From Raillietiella orientalis (Eukaryota), in NCBI GenBank assembly GCA_036172245.1, contig JAYWIR010000016.1, positions 2,294,001 to 2,358,000 of the forward strand: a DNA stretch of 64,000 bases, in the 5' to 3' direction. Made by a program: the position numbers and the translations under genes. Below the pieces are notes generated by a model. The model was not told the DNA's origin and did no database searches. It worked only from the letters and a program-made list of their open reading frames with translations. Of this stretch, positions 1-11,994 are shown piece by piece. Numbering within the stretch: position 1 is the first letter of the stretch; every line of letters begins with the position of its first letter.

Positions 1-56
1 TATAGGCTGATGTTTCTACATATCTAGTGAAATACTTTGATCACAGCATTTACTAC

Positions 57-1531
57 CAAATATCTGCCATCTTCACAACTAAGCAAATCAAAGATCCAAT
101 CTTCAACCAGTTGCACATGAGACACCAAAACATCAAAATTAATATGTGCCATGTCCTGAACATCAGCCAAATATGACAGATATCATGGGGATACAAAGCA
201 ACTAATACGTACGCTGATTCTGTTGAAAACTGATCTGATAACACGAGGAAGTATTCCAAATTCTGCTTCTTCCATTGCACATGATAAACCAGGTCCAATT
301 GCAGTATATGTTTTTCCAGATTGCTGAGATCCATATACTATTACTGTACAATTGTAACCTAAAATTGGAAGTGGTTAACTTAAATTCAGTTTTATATTCA
401 CTGAAACATCTCAATTTAATATAGTACCACCTGGCTACACTGTATTCACAGCACTCAAAAAGAAATAGTCTTATGAAAACAAAATTCTGATAAGAGATAA
501 TTCTGTCAAAGAGAATTTCAATACTGACAAGAAAGAAGTTGTAAGGTACCATACCTTCTCAGATGTACAGTTGCACAGATGTGAAAATGATATTAACAAA
601 TGAGAAGAACAGATAATTATAATGCCCGATTTCAACATAAGGACTTAAATGCAATTACTTCAAACTAACAGTATGATTTAAAACATATTGGGTACCCTTT
701 AGTTTTGTGACAGAACAAATGAGTAGACTGTACTAAAATCACTACTTTATCTTTAGTGCATCATGTTGACTAATACTCCAAAGAGAAAGCTACATGATTT
801 TCTCTTTTTCTCAGTTTTGAAATAAATCAAAAACAGCAATCTAAGTGACTGAAAGAAAATCATAGGCTACACAAAAGCAAACACCTAAACAAAACCTCAA
901 GAAAAATCATTAAAAAATCTACCAACACAATGAATGACTATAGGTTTACTGCAGATATATATTAAGATTTGGAGCTGTTCTATAAGCAGGTTGCTTCACA
1001 GTACATTTGGAAAGCACAGAAAAAAATCAAACAAACTATTTGTAACGACAATGCAGAGATGACATCATTAAATCTCAATCCAGCATAAGAAATGAGTTCA
1101 GAAAGGCACTGCTGTACAATTTCAAGGATTTTCAATGAAATAAAAAAACACGAAAGTACCTCACCTTCAAATAACAAATCAATCAATGGCTCAACAGAAT
1201 TCCTAAACACATCTTTCTGGCTACAATTCGAATCAAACACATGGTGTAATTTACATACAGTTCCATTAATCTGAACAGTGCTTTTGGTTAAAAACCTCAA
1301 CTCGAGTATCTGACTGGCAAAAGGTAACGAGGGCATGACCTGAAATATGAACATGCACCACTGATGTGATTCAAGACAAAATAAAAAACTTACTCGAAGT
1401 GAAACATATATTGGTAACTGATTCTCGTCATAATGCTCGCCAACAAAATCAGGGGAATACATATCATCTTTCGTATTTTGGGAACTATCCCCAAAGCTAT
1501 GCCTTTTGCTATCATTAAGATAGTAATACAT
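57..1531 (-). CDS. cos: Kinesin-like protein costa / KIF7-KIF27 type, N-terminal motor domain; partial, continues past window start. Coding exons about 1531-1394, 1339-1165, 358-213, 155-57; possible ATG-only upstream exon at 1653-1651
   Basis: Phase-consistent GT-AG splicing gives ...LPIYVSLR|VMP...HHVFDSNCSQKDVFRNSVEPLIDLLFEG|YNCTVIVYGSQQSGKTYTAIGPGLSCAMEEAEFGILPRVIRSVFNRIS|DMAHINFDVLVSHVQLVEDWIFDLL. This contains the kinesin P-loop GxxxxGKT and GI(L/I)PR motifs. The GPGLxCxxxExEFGIxPR segment resembles arthropod costa from memory, so the subfamily is less certain than the kinesin call. Confidence 0.85.
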
Positions 1532-4500
1532 TTCCTATTCAAAACCAATGAATTGACGACACATTTTTCCTTATACGACCCTGAAAACAAAAGAATTATT
1601 AAGATGGCAAACCGACTGGAGATAATGCAATGAGATCTCGAAAAACTTACCATTAATTACTTAATTAACATCGTCGACAGCTTAAAAGCATTCAAGCTCA
1701 CACCGTTCTCCTTTCTCTCGTCGATTCACTACCCGTCTATTTTGAATCTCCAAACATAAACTATGTGAACGATTTGGTGCCAAGGTAGAAAGAGCTTTTC
1801 TCACCAAATAAATAAAATTTTGTACGAACTACATGCAATACAGTGTAGGTAGGTGTATGTAGCGTGCAGATTGTTATGTTGTAATTTTTTTCCCTAACAA
1901 AAAAGTGATGTAACATAAATAACGACAAAGACTAACAATTAACGAAACTGTAGTCAAAAATCTCGGAAATTTATTCTGGCTTAAATAAACACTAAATACA
2001 GAAATCAGCGACACATTTTTAAGCTTCAGACGTATTCTACGTAAAAATAACGACTTTGTCACAAATGCTGATAGATATCCGAAGCGTTCGAAGTTAGAAA
2101 AATGAATTCTAAGGAAAGAATCAACCGATCTGATGATCAAATAAATGGTCCATCATCCTTTATACTGACTCCTTTATATTGCTTGGTAGCGATTTCCACT
2201 CCATGATATCAACTCTGGTGAGCAATTAAAATCAAAGACTTGAGCATTTTAATCTGTATTGATAAACAAAAAGGAAATGCAAAGCTAACAAACCAACTAT
2301 GCGATAAGATTAACGATTAATTTTGAATTTTTTACTTGGCTATTGGTTATGAAGATGCGAATTTGTGGAAAAGAAGTTTAGGAGCCAGGGTAGTTTTTTT
2401 ATTGTCATCCTTGATTGCAAAAAATAAAATCTCCTTATTGAAATACTTTGACATGTCTTAATAAAGTCTCGATGGTTACTGATTTTTTTCAATTTTCAAA
2501 ATTCAGAGGCTCATTCGTTTACGTTCTTATTTTCTGTGAATCAAGTGATATTGAGGAAGAAATCAGTTTTCTTCTGAGATTGCACAGTAGAAGAAAACGA
2601 GTTCTACATATGAGATTTGAAATATTTTTCGAGAAAAATGATTAACGAAGAAAACCTGTATTACTTTTATTAGTTCAAGCTTTTCCAAATGAATCGTTCT
2701 CACTTCCGTGATAAAAGAATATACTTTATACTAGTCACAGATTGCCTTTCAAATTCATCTACGAACACTTCTAAAATTCTATCGAAATTGTCCCGTTTCT
2801 GCATCCGACCCTTAAAACATCAACACTTCCTTCCACTTAAACACTTCCTTCCTGCCCAGCACCCCCGTTCCCACACACATAAATAGCATGTAATGGCACT
2901 GGAACGCTTCAAGTGAACTCGGAATGCATCCAATGCATACAAAATAGACGATTCAAGCGCTCAGCTACCATCATCTAGCACAATGGCGATCACTAAAGTT
3001 TTGAGCACTTTCCATCCTCAGTGCACGATTCCCAAACGTCCCGAAATTCCATCGAAGTGTTTCCAAAATGCGTTCAAATGATTACTCCAAAATGCACTGA
3101 ATCCTGGATTTCTCTACTGCTGAAGTTTTTGTTTCCTGGAATCCACGCTTGGAATCTTATTCATCTGGAAACAGGAAAAAACGACAAGATGCAATGACGC
3201 AACAGAGTGCTGGTGGCTCCACATTTCCCTCAATTTCTCATAGCAACCGACATGAGATTCATCAAAGAAAACTTCGATCTCGTACTCCAGTCCGAGATTG
3301 GTGGGATGAGAAAAGGGAGAAGTGAAGAGATGGGAATTCCCGTGCGTGCCCACACCGTTGCTCACTCCAGATCTCTCCGCGACGAGCGAACGATAACGCA
3401 ATCGAGTCTCGTAAGTCGAAAGAATGAACCAGACTTCTCCCTTAAATATTTGATGATGATACCCGTTGTTCCCTCCGGAATGCTTCCTGTCCCCTTTCCC
3501 AGCGAATTTCGAAAGAGCCCAGAAGATCCATCCTCCCACTCCCAGGGTGACGAATGTAGTGATATCTGTACGGAGGTTCAGTTACAACCAATCGCTCTCA
3601 GGATGCTGTCAGTCGCTCCATGACAGGAGGAACAAGAGGCCTTCAAAAAAGTCAGAGAGAGAGAGAGAGCAACCAGGAAAACAAACAAAAGGAGCTCCTC
3701 TGATGAGGGCGTGGAAACCGAGGAAGTCGTCCCACTGAGGGCGTTTCCCTGTGCTGAGGGATCTGGGTGGTGGTCAGCTAACAAATCAGGAGAAGGAGGA
3801 TACGACGGCAGGAAGCAAGTGACGGTTTGGAGATTGCTTGGCAACGGGGTTGGACGGCGGTGAGCAGGCGAGTCTCTTCCAGAGCCGTTAGGAGGGACAG
3901 AGGGATGGGAGAGGCGCATCTTAGGTGGTTGCGGTGACGATCGGAGCCGCTTCCTCTCGTGCACATGGAGAGAGTCTCCGGGGAACGCCTCTCCGGAGAA
4001 GATCGCCGAGGCTTGGTAGGTGTGGAGGCAGGCAGGCGCCGCCTCGTCTCGCTCTCCCTCGCGGGTTCATATCTAGCGGGGGAAGGTAGAACCCATCCCT
4101 CCTCGTGTAGCTAAAGGTGCTGCCGTCCGTGAGGTCCGGAAGGGTGCTAGAGGAGCTGGGCACGAGGGCAGGGAGGGAAAACGGAAAGAGGAGACGGAGT
4201 TCCGGCTGCTGAGGCCGGGATCTCTGAGGTGGAACCGCCGCCTGGAGGGAGCCAGAGCGGCGGCCCACCATCCCGTCCGGGTTCCGCCGGAGACGCCCGT
4301 GCGAGCGGGAGAGCAGTGGGAGGGGCAAGGAACACCCCGCTTGGAGAAACAGGAAGGAAGAGGGAGGGGTGAAAGCTCCTCCCCTCCCTGGGAGGGACGC
4401 GTGCGCACACGCGCTTTCTGAAGAGCGCGTCCCGGGTAGAGGGAGCGAGCGTCCTGGGAAGGGAGCAGGAGCGAAGCGGCAGACCCGCTCTGGAGAATAC

Positions 4501-5281
4501 TCTATAGGTCCTCGTCTCTGGGGTCGGAAGCGACAGAACAGGGACGGCCCATGCGTGTCCCGGCAGTCAGAAACGGAGCCCCTCCCCGTCTTCGCGAGAG
4601 AACGAAATGCTTCCGGCGGATATTTCCCGAGGAAGCTCCTGGGGAGAGCGGCTTCCCCAACTCTCAGCCTCCCCTGCAGGAACCCTCCGGGGGCTTCCCT
4701 CGAGTTCCCTGCCCTCCTTTCCCAGGGAACATCCCCGTCGGCAGAGCCCGAGGGGAGGGAGCGCGGCGAGGGAGCGCGCGGCGCCGTTGACTGCTTCCTC
4801 CTCCTCCTCTCCGGAAAGCTTCGCGGAAGGCGTCTTCTGAGGCAGACTGATCTCGGAAAAATTCCCGAGGAAAAAGAAAAGGGGTGGTGCTGGTGGTGAG
4901 GGGGTGGGGGGGATGCGCCTTTTGCGGGAGCTCGGAAACGGAAGAGGAGGTAGGAGCGCTCGTGGAACCTCCTCCCACGGCCCTCCCGGCTCCTCCTTTT
5001 CCCAGGGTACCGGCTGCCCCCTTCCTCCCCATTTTCTGCAAAGCGGAAGGTGAGGAGAGAAGGGAGAAACGGACGCCTGCGTGCTCCTCAGCCACGCCCG
5101 GCCATCTGACTCCCCCCCCCCTCTCCCTCTTCTTTCCTCCCTATCGACTCCCGAGTTCCTTCGAAGCGGCACCCGAGAGAAAGGGAAACCGAGGGGGGGG
5201 GAGGGTGGAAGCGGTGGGAAGGATCCCGGAAACGCCGAACGCAGCTGCATCCCGGTTCCTGAGAAGGACATTTCATCGATC

Positions 5282-5287
5282 TTTATT
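5282..5287 (-). terminator. Candidate polyadenylation signal (AATAAA) of the bHLH gene
   Basis: TTTATT on the plus strand, about 275 nt downstream of the bHLH stop codon, in otherwise very GC-rich sequence. Confidence 0.4.
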
Positions 5288-5562
5288 GGTTTCCCGTTCC
5301 CGTCCCGGGAGCCGTCTCCCGGGTGACGCGCCACTTCCAATTTCGCTACGCGCGCGAAGAGGGGAGGAGAGGAGGGGAAGGGGGAGTGCACGCGGGAGGG
5401 CGACTCCCTCCTGTGGGCGAGTCTTCCGCGCCTCCTCCTCCTCCCCCCTCGCAGTCCACCTCCTTACAGTGGCGCCAGCGGCAGGAGAGCTTCAGTCCTC
5501 CTCGTCCTCCGGGGGGAAGAAGGAGCGAAGGGGAGCGTCCGTCCGCCTCCCCCTTTCCCCCT

Positions 5563-7042
5563 TCAGCCCCCCTTGTCCCCCTCTCCCTGCCGCGCGGGCA
5601 GCCTGGGCACCTTGAAATGGCTCTCCAGGAGGCTTCCCAGCAGATACACCGACTCGGGTCCGCTGACCAGGCTGTCGTAGCCGGGCGTGGCTGGGATGGG
5701 CAGCCCGGTGCTCTGATTCATGTAGGCAAGCAGCCTCCTCATCTCCTCGATGGCGTTGGACTGCATGAGGATGTAGTTCTTGGCCAGCAGCAGCGTGGCG
5801 ATCTTGGACAGCTTCCGGACGGATGGGGAGTGGGCGTAAGGGATGACGGAGCGCAGCTCGTCCAGGGCGTCGTTCAGGTCGTGCATGCGGCGCCTCTCGC
5901 GGGCGTTGATGCTCAGCCGCAGGGTCTTTCCCTGGCGGCCCCTCTTGCCCACCTTCTGGGTCCTCTGCGGCCCGTCGGCCAGGTCCGGCGGAGAGCCATA
6001 CGCCCTCTCCAGGCGCGCGGAGCACTCCTTGGGCGTCCGGCTGCCCGCGAGGCTGCCACGAATGTCCCCGTCGCCACCGTCGTCGTCCTCGCCGAGGCCC
6101 TGACGCTGCTGCTGCTGCTGCTCCGCCTGCTGCTGCTGCTGCTGTTGGAAGTGGAGGTGCGGGTGACCCCACGCCTTCCCCAGGTTCTCCTTCTCGGACT
6201 GGGCGTAGCCGTCACCCTGCTCGAGCGCGCCGAGGTCCCTCTGAGGGTTCGGAGGGGCGTTGCTCAGCCTCAGCTCTCTCCGGGAGGCTGCGAGGCGTGC
6301 GTGGGAGGCGTTGCAAGGAGGGAGGTGAGGAGTGGGGAGCGAGGAGAAGACGCCGCCGCCGGCGTCCTGCTGCTGCAGCTGGGAGCAGCGCTTCGCCGCC
6401 GCCATCATCTCGCGGGGGTCGGCCGCCGACACGGAGGCGAAGTCAGCAGCAGCAGCGGCGGCGGGCGCGGAGATCCCGAACAGACCGAGGTTGCCCTGGA
6501 ATTGCAAAGAGGGGCAGACGAGCAGAAAGAGGGAAGGGCGGAACGGGGGAGGAGGGAACAGCCGCGGGGGAGCGACACGAGACCTTCCCCCGGGAGGGCA
6601 GCGTCCAGCCTCCGGAAGTGCCGTCCTCCTTCTCCCCCAAGAGAAGCCTGAGCGCTGGGTTGGGCGAAGGGGAGGCGGAGAGCGGGGGAGGGGACGAAGG
6701 CGGAGGCATGGGAAGAGGGCCGCTGGATCCTTCCCCCTCCTCCGAGCGGGAGTTCGCAGCGACTGCGACAAGCGCGAGGAACGTCAATGTCCCATTCAGG
6801 GAGTTCCCCGTTGAAGGTGAGCGGCAGAGCCCGTAGGCAATTCATGACAACCACTACAACGAACGGATGGCGAGCCAACACAATTCATTACCGTCCTTAC
6901 AATCAGCAACAATCACGGTAGATCGTTATTAGGGCGGCAGCAACAGTCCCTCAATGAGAATGAAGCGCGCCGAAAACGTGCGCACCCCCGCCCCCCCCGG
7001 TCCCTTCGCGTTCCTTGTTACATACAATTTATCACTCACCAT
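5563..7042 (-). CDS. Oli: Oli / bHLHe22-23 (Beta3, Olig-related) bHLH transcription factor, about 311 aa. Exon 1 = ATG only (7042-7040), intron 7039-6496, exon 2 = 6495-5563
   Basis: The bHLH domain [53 protein letters not shown] is the Beta3/Oli signature. An ATG|gtgagt donor and a polypyrimidine tract ending ttccag|GGC AAC join in frame (exon 2 is 933 nt including the stop). The N-terminus has poly-A and poly-Q tracts. Confidence 0.92.
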
Positions 7043-7115
7043 GCCGCGGTGCATCGCAAAACAAAAAGCAAACACACACACGCACGCACGCACACAGTGG
7101 CGGAAATGAGAAACA

Positions 7116-7187
7116 CACTGACGGTTTTTTGGATGACAATTAACCTTAGATCAACATAGAAATTTCTCTCTCTCTCTCTTTCTCCCT
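7116..7187 (-). promoter_or_regulatory. Candidate Oli core promoter: Inr-like TCAGTG plus an upstream (GA)n tract
   Basis: Minus-strand TCAGTG at 7121-7116, about 75 nt upstream of the ATG. A (GA)n run at about 7164-7187 is typical of GAGA-type arthropod promoters. Motif-only inference. Confidence 0.35.
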
Positions 7188-7625
7188 TTCACTTGGCACC
7201 ACCGAGCAGAAGGGAAATGGCGGTGCACTCATCATTCGATAAATCCCAATGAAGAGTTTTGCACTCTTTCGCTCTTTTTTCTTCACAATCGAGCATCGTT
7301 ACGAATTTTTTCGAATCGAATAAATAATTGCAACGGTGCTTTTTGAGAATGCACCGGGAAATACGTTTCAGATCGGCGGTTCGAAAAGTGAACAAGGACT
7401 TTGCAGGCATTTTTATTCCCGTTCATATCGTTAAATGACGATAATTAGTAATAACAGGTATTTTAACATTAATCATTGTATGCTATCCCTTAACAAGGTG
7501 AATTTTAAGCAACGCAATGTTCAATCTTGGCTGACGATGAAAATGTGCAAAAGAAGAAAGCAAATTCCAAATCTGAAACCAACAGACGAAATAACGAATT
7601 CATCTCTGAATTTAAAAATGCAACA

Positions 7626-7690
7626 TGCATACACACATATATATACACATACAAGCATACATACATGCATACACGCATGTGTACATACAG
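7626..7690. repeat. Degenerate (CATA/CA)n microsatellite
   Basis: atgcatacacacatatatatacacatacaagcatacatacatgcatacacgcatgtgtacatacag. Confidence 0.7.
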
Positions 7691-10600
7691 ATTTCTTTTG
7701 TTTTATAACTCGAAGTGTGAACCTTACGATCAAAACAATACTAATGAACTATCGTGTTACTCTTGAAATTTATAATTTACAATGGAAATAATCAGAGAAC
7801 GTAGGCTTACCTCCATCGTTTTTTTGCTGGCTTATCTCTGAGAAACAAAATATTGCTTGAGTCTTTGTACCATGATAGTGATTTCCAGTGATTTGCTACC
7901 AACGCCGTTCGATGTCGCCTCGTTTTAATGCTGACTCATTTAACAGCGCGTTTCTACAAGCTCCCGAAAATCATACAGAAGGGGCGGCGCTTGCATCCAA
8001 AATTCCTGGACCATTTGTTGGAACTGAATAGAAGGAAGAATGATGAACTCCTGCTGGATCCTCACTCCACTTTGATTTTGTTTTTCTCTAGTTCCACTCA
8101 AATTATTAAAACTGCAAGAACATCGGAAGTGCCAGTTTTCGTTATAAGTCTTTTTTTTTTTTTTCTAATCTCACTCTCAAAAGTTGGAGATCGAACTTGA
8201 TCTTGCACCAGCCGTTAAAAGCCATTCGCTCCGATTTAAATTTTCGTGACCGTTATTATCGTTTAATTTTTTGGAAATCTTTCGTTGACTCCGTGGCCTA
8301 TCGCTACCCATATCGTGTCAAACCATGATTTTGTATCACAAAAGAATAGAGCGAACGGAATTCCCTCTCGAGGATTTTCTAAAATGTCAGTGATGCACGG
8401 ATCTTTTGTATTCTACTAATCCTCACGAATCAGTCGATCAAAGAGGGGGAAACGGTCCATCTGCTAGCAGTATTCTACATTTATGTCTGCTTGTAGCTAT
8501 TCGTCTTTGGTCACGTTGCTAATGAGCATCAACACATAGCAGTGCATATAAATAGTGAATATGGAAGACGAAATGTAGATTTTCTTTCACCGCAGGACCA
8601 CATTCATTCTGTGGTCTGTTTTGCGAGTTTGCTTCGTTGGGGCATTGCGCCCACATTCTGCATTTTTGTATTTCTGCTGGCAAGGAGGGGAATTAAAGTG
8701 CACCTTTTTTCTCTTCATTTTTTATTTTATTTATTTTTATTTTTTTGTGCGTTTCCTTTTCGTGCATTCTGTTGTGCCAGTTTGATAAATTCGGCTTTTA
8801 TTAGATTCTCAAGGATAATTGTCATGAGAAAAGTAAATAAATAAATAAATGAAATGAAACTTCCTCCCGTTTCATTGTTTTCCTTTAACTTTGCGAAATC
8901 ATTTCTCTCCGTTGTTTAGTAGGACTTCCGGTTTGAGTGTGCAAACACAAACATGGAACAATGGAGGTCAAACAGCGAAGCTGCTCAGACTTCCAGAAGA
9001 AGGCGCGATTCGATCGAATCGTGCCGTGGTCCAGGCCTCTCTCTCTCTCTTTTTTTTTGATGGCCTCCTTGTTCCTTCCGTGTGCAAAAGAAAGAAAGAA
9101 AGAAAACCCCAAAAAGCAAAACGTGTCGTGCGCGTGCGAAGGGGGGGAGGGGGATCTTGGTAGGCCTGCGCGTTTCCCTGCTACGAGGAGCAACACATTT
9201 TGTGATCGAATTTCACGGTAATTTTTGATTGCCACCATTCGCGCCGTGTCGCGGAGGTCTTCGAAAAGACGCTGGAGATTAGGAAAGCAATCTAACAGTG
9301 ATGGCAATAAATTAGGAAAAAGAAGGAGCGCGCGAAAGTCCCGCAGAAGCTGCCAATCAGAACGGGACCCCGTTCGAATTCTATCTCGAGCGCTGCATGC
9401 TCCTTTCTAATATCAAGAATGCGTTTTATCTTCTCGGTTTATTATCGGGAGACTTTCATGATTTTCGGGAAGCTCACTCGTAAAACGGGAAAAAATGGAT
9501 TCCTTTTTTTTCCCCTCCCCCTGTTTTGGATCCATAAAAGGCGCTTTAAGGACTTTTTTTTGCAAGGGAGGAGGAAGGGGAGGAAAGGGGGAAGGGAGGA
9601 GGAATGCGGAAATATACAAATTCCAGGGGCGGTGACTGGACAAGGAGCGCGAGTCTCGGGTCGTCCAGACGAAGCCCGAAAGGGATGCGTCTGATGAGGG
9701 GACGTTCCTTTACCGCGAGCGCCCCCTCCTGCCCGACGTGCTCTGCTGGCTCAGGTGCCATCGATAGACGAAAGCAGCCATGTCCGTCGAGGAGTCGAAA
9801 ATCGATACCGACAGATGGGGAGCGTTCCCGCCCCGCAAGGACCGAACGATGCGAGAGAGCCGGGAATCGGGAGGGGGGAAGAGATGGAAGCCGCGTGAGA
9901 TCGTCATGCCCGAGAGGAGGCAGGCGGTTCAAGAACGAGGCATCTCTTGCAGCCGCGTTCGCCGCTTCGGGGTTGGAAAAGGGTAAAAGAGTAAGAAGGA
10001 AAGGGAGGGAGAGAGAAGGGAGTTTCAAGAACAATGGCAGGAAGAGGAAGACGCTTGAGGAACGGAGTGTGCCTTAGGAGAAGGCTGCGTTTCCCATCTC
10101 GAGACGGTCGGGAAGACGGCCGAAGACCCAGCCGAGGAGTTCCGCCTCCTCCTCTCACCAAAGAGAAGGAAGGGGAGGGAGCGGCAGTCACCAGGAGCGC
10201 GCCTCCCCTCCCACTCTCTCTCCGCTAGGGCCTGTCGTGATCGTCGTGGTCGAGGTCAACGCTCCCACCTCACCGAACTGCCCTACCGATCAAGATGCGC
10301 GCGCTCACCTCCTCCCCCGGGAGTCTCCCTTGGCGACCGACTCTCTCCCGAGGAGCAGTGGCCGGAGTATTTGGCTCCACCCTCATCTACTGAGCAAGGA
10401 ACCGGGGGCGAATGGAACAGGCCAGAAGTTGCCAGTCACTTCCCCCCCCCCGGGGGGGGAGGAGGGTGATCCTCACGGAAGAGGAGGTCACTACGGGGGA
10501 AGAGCAGCGGGCTCATGTTGAGGTCTTCCGGAATTATCTTTTAGGTGACGCGCCGCAGGAGAGGGGAGAGGGAGGGGGAAGGAAGAGGAACGAATGAGCC

Positions 10601-11849
10601 TCTTCCATCCTTGAGAGGATCTCCTCCTCCCTTCCCCCCCTTCTGTTTCCGCCTCCTCTTCGCGGTCCTCCACGTCATCGCCCTTTGCCACTCCTCCTTC
10701 CTCGCTCCTTGCCGAGGCCCGTCGCCCTCGACTCTTCCCGCTGAGGTCCGTCGCGTCCCTCCCTGTCGAGCTCCCGCGTTTCACGGGCGGCTGCGCTTCG
10801 AGGCTCCTCCAGGAAAATCCGGCCTCTCCGGAAAGATCCCGGGAAAAGAGGCGGAAAAAGAAAAAAAAAAGGAAAAAAAGGAAAAAAAAAAAGAGGAAGC
10901 ATCCCGATCGATAGCTCTGGGGGGAGGGAGGAGGTCGGAGAGGAGTCCTTCGCTGAGGAGAGGCGCGAGGCGCTTCCGGATCTCCCTTGGATTTGCTCGT
11001 CCCGGAACGCCCCGATCCCGAGCGTGGAAAGTTCCGGGGATCCAGAGGCCGCCGCCGGGAAGGAAGGAGCATATCTTCCTCCTCCCTCGCCGAGGAGGAG
11101 GAGGAGGAGATGCTCGAGGCGCCGGAACGCTCCCGGCATCCGCTGCTCCCCGCGTGCCGGGCGATTCGGAGGGCTGCGAGGCCTCTGCGTCCCGGAGGGC
11201 TGACACGAATGCCGCCGGCTGGGACCCCAGGGGGCCACTCAGGGGAGCGGAAAGGCGGGGAAGGCCTTCAGAGAAAGCAGAGGCGGCAACAGCCGGCCGG
11301 GAGGGGGCGGCTCCTCAGAGTGAGAAGGGGGGACGCTGGGCGCCATCTCGAGAGACCTCCCTCCAGGAAGGCTCGCCTCACCTTCCCGTTGCGCGTCACC
11401 GGAGGAAAAAAAAAAAGTCCCGAAATCCTCACCATTCCTGCGTGCCGCTTCCGGTCTCCCCTCTCCCTTTCTGCTCCCTTCCAGTCCCCCGCCTTTATCC
11501 TCACGTTTCATTCTCTCCCTCCCTCGCACACGTTCCACCCCCGTCCTCCCATCGCGCGTCTGTCCTTCCCCACGCAACCCGGCAGCCTCTCCCCATCCCT
11601 GTACTCCCCGATCCCCGTCTCTCGTCCGTTGCCGTTTTCCCTCCTATTCCTCACCTCCTGCACCTGGAGCCGTCTTTCATCCCCCTCTCATCCGCAAATC
11701 CCGGCCCTCCTCCTCCTTTTCATCCATCCTTCTGTTCGCATTCTCCCGCTCATGGTCCTGTCTTTGAGTCCTCGTCCTTATCTCCGTCCGAGTTTCCTCC
11801 CATCCTTGCACTCCGCTTCCGTGTCTTTCCGCGTAACTCTGGCCGCTAC

Positions 11850-11994
11850 GCGCGTTCTTCTTGCCGCACGCACCATTGGTTCTCCTACGGGCCGCTGTTG
11901 CCATGGGTGCGAGCCGGCAAAGCAACCTCATTTCCGTATCTCTCCGCGCACTTCGGACCGCTGAGCGCGTTCTTCTTGCGGCACGCACCATTGG
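11850..11994. repeat. 30-bp direct repeat, two copies 115 nt apart (11850-11879 and 11965-11994)
   Basis: gcgcgttcttcttgc(c/g)gcacgcaccattgg, 1 mismatch. Confidence 0.85.

Noticed and set aside
3114..3539. ORF segment GNSHLFTSPFSHPTNLGLE resembling the integrase motif GIxHxxTxPYxPxxNGxxE
   Set aside because: No upstream DNG or first catalytic Asp at the expected spacing in the frames checked, and no other pol motifs nearby.
5323..6651. 442-aa plus-strand ORF
   Set aside because: Antisense shadow of the GC-rich Oli coding exon.
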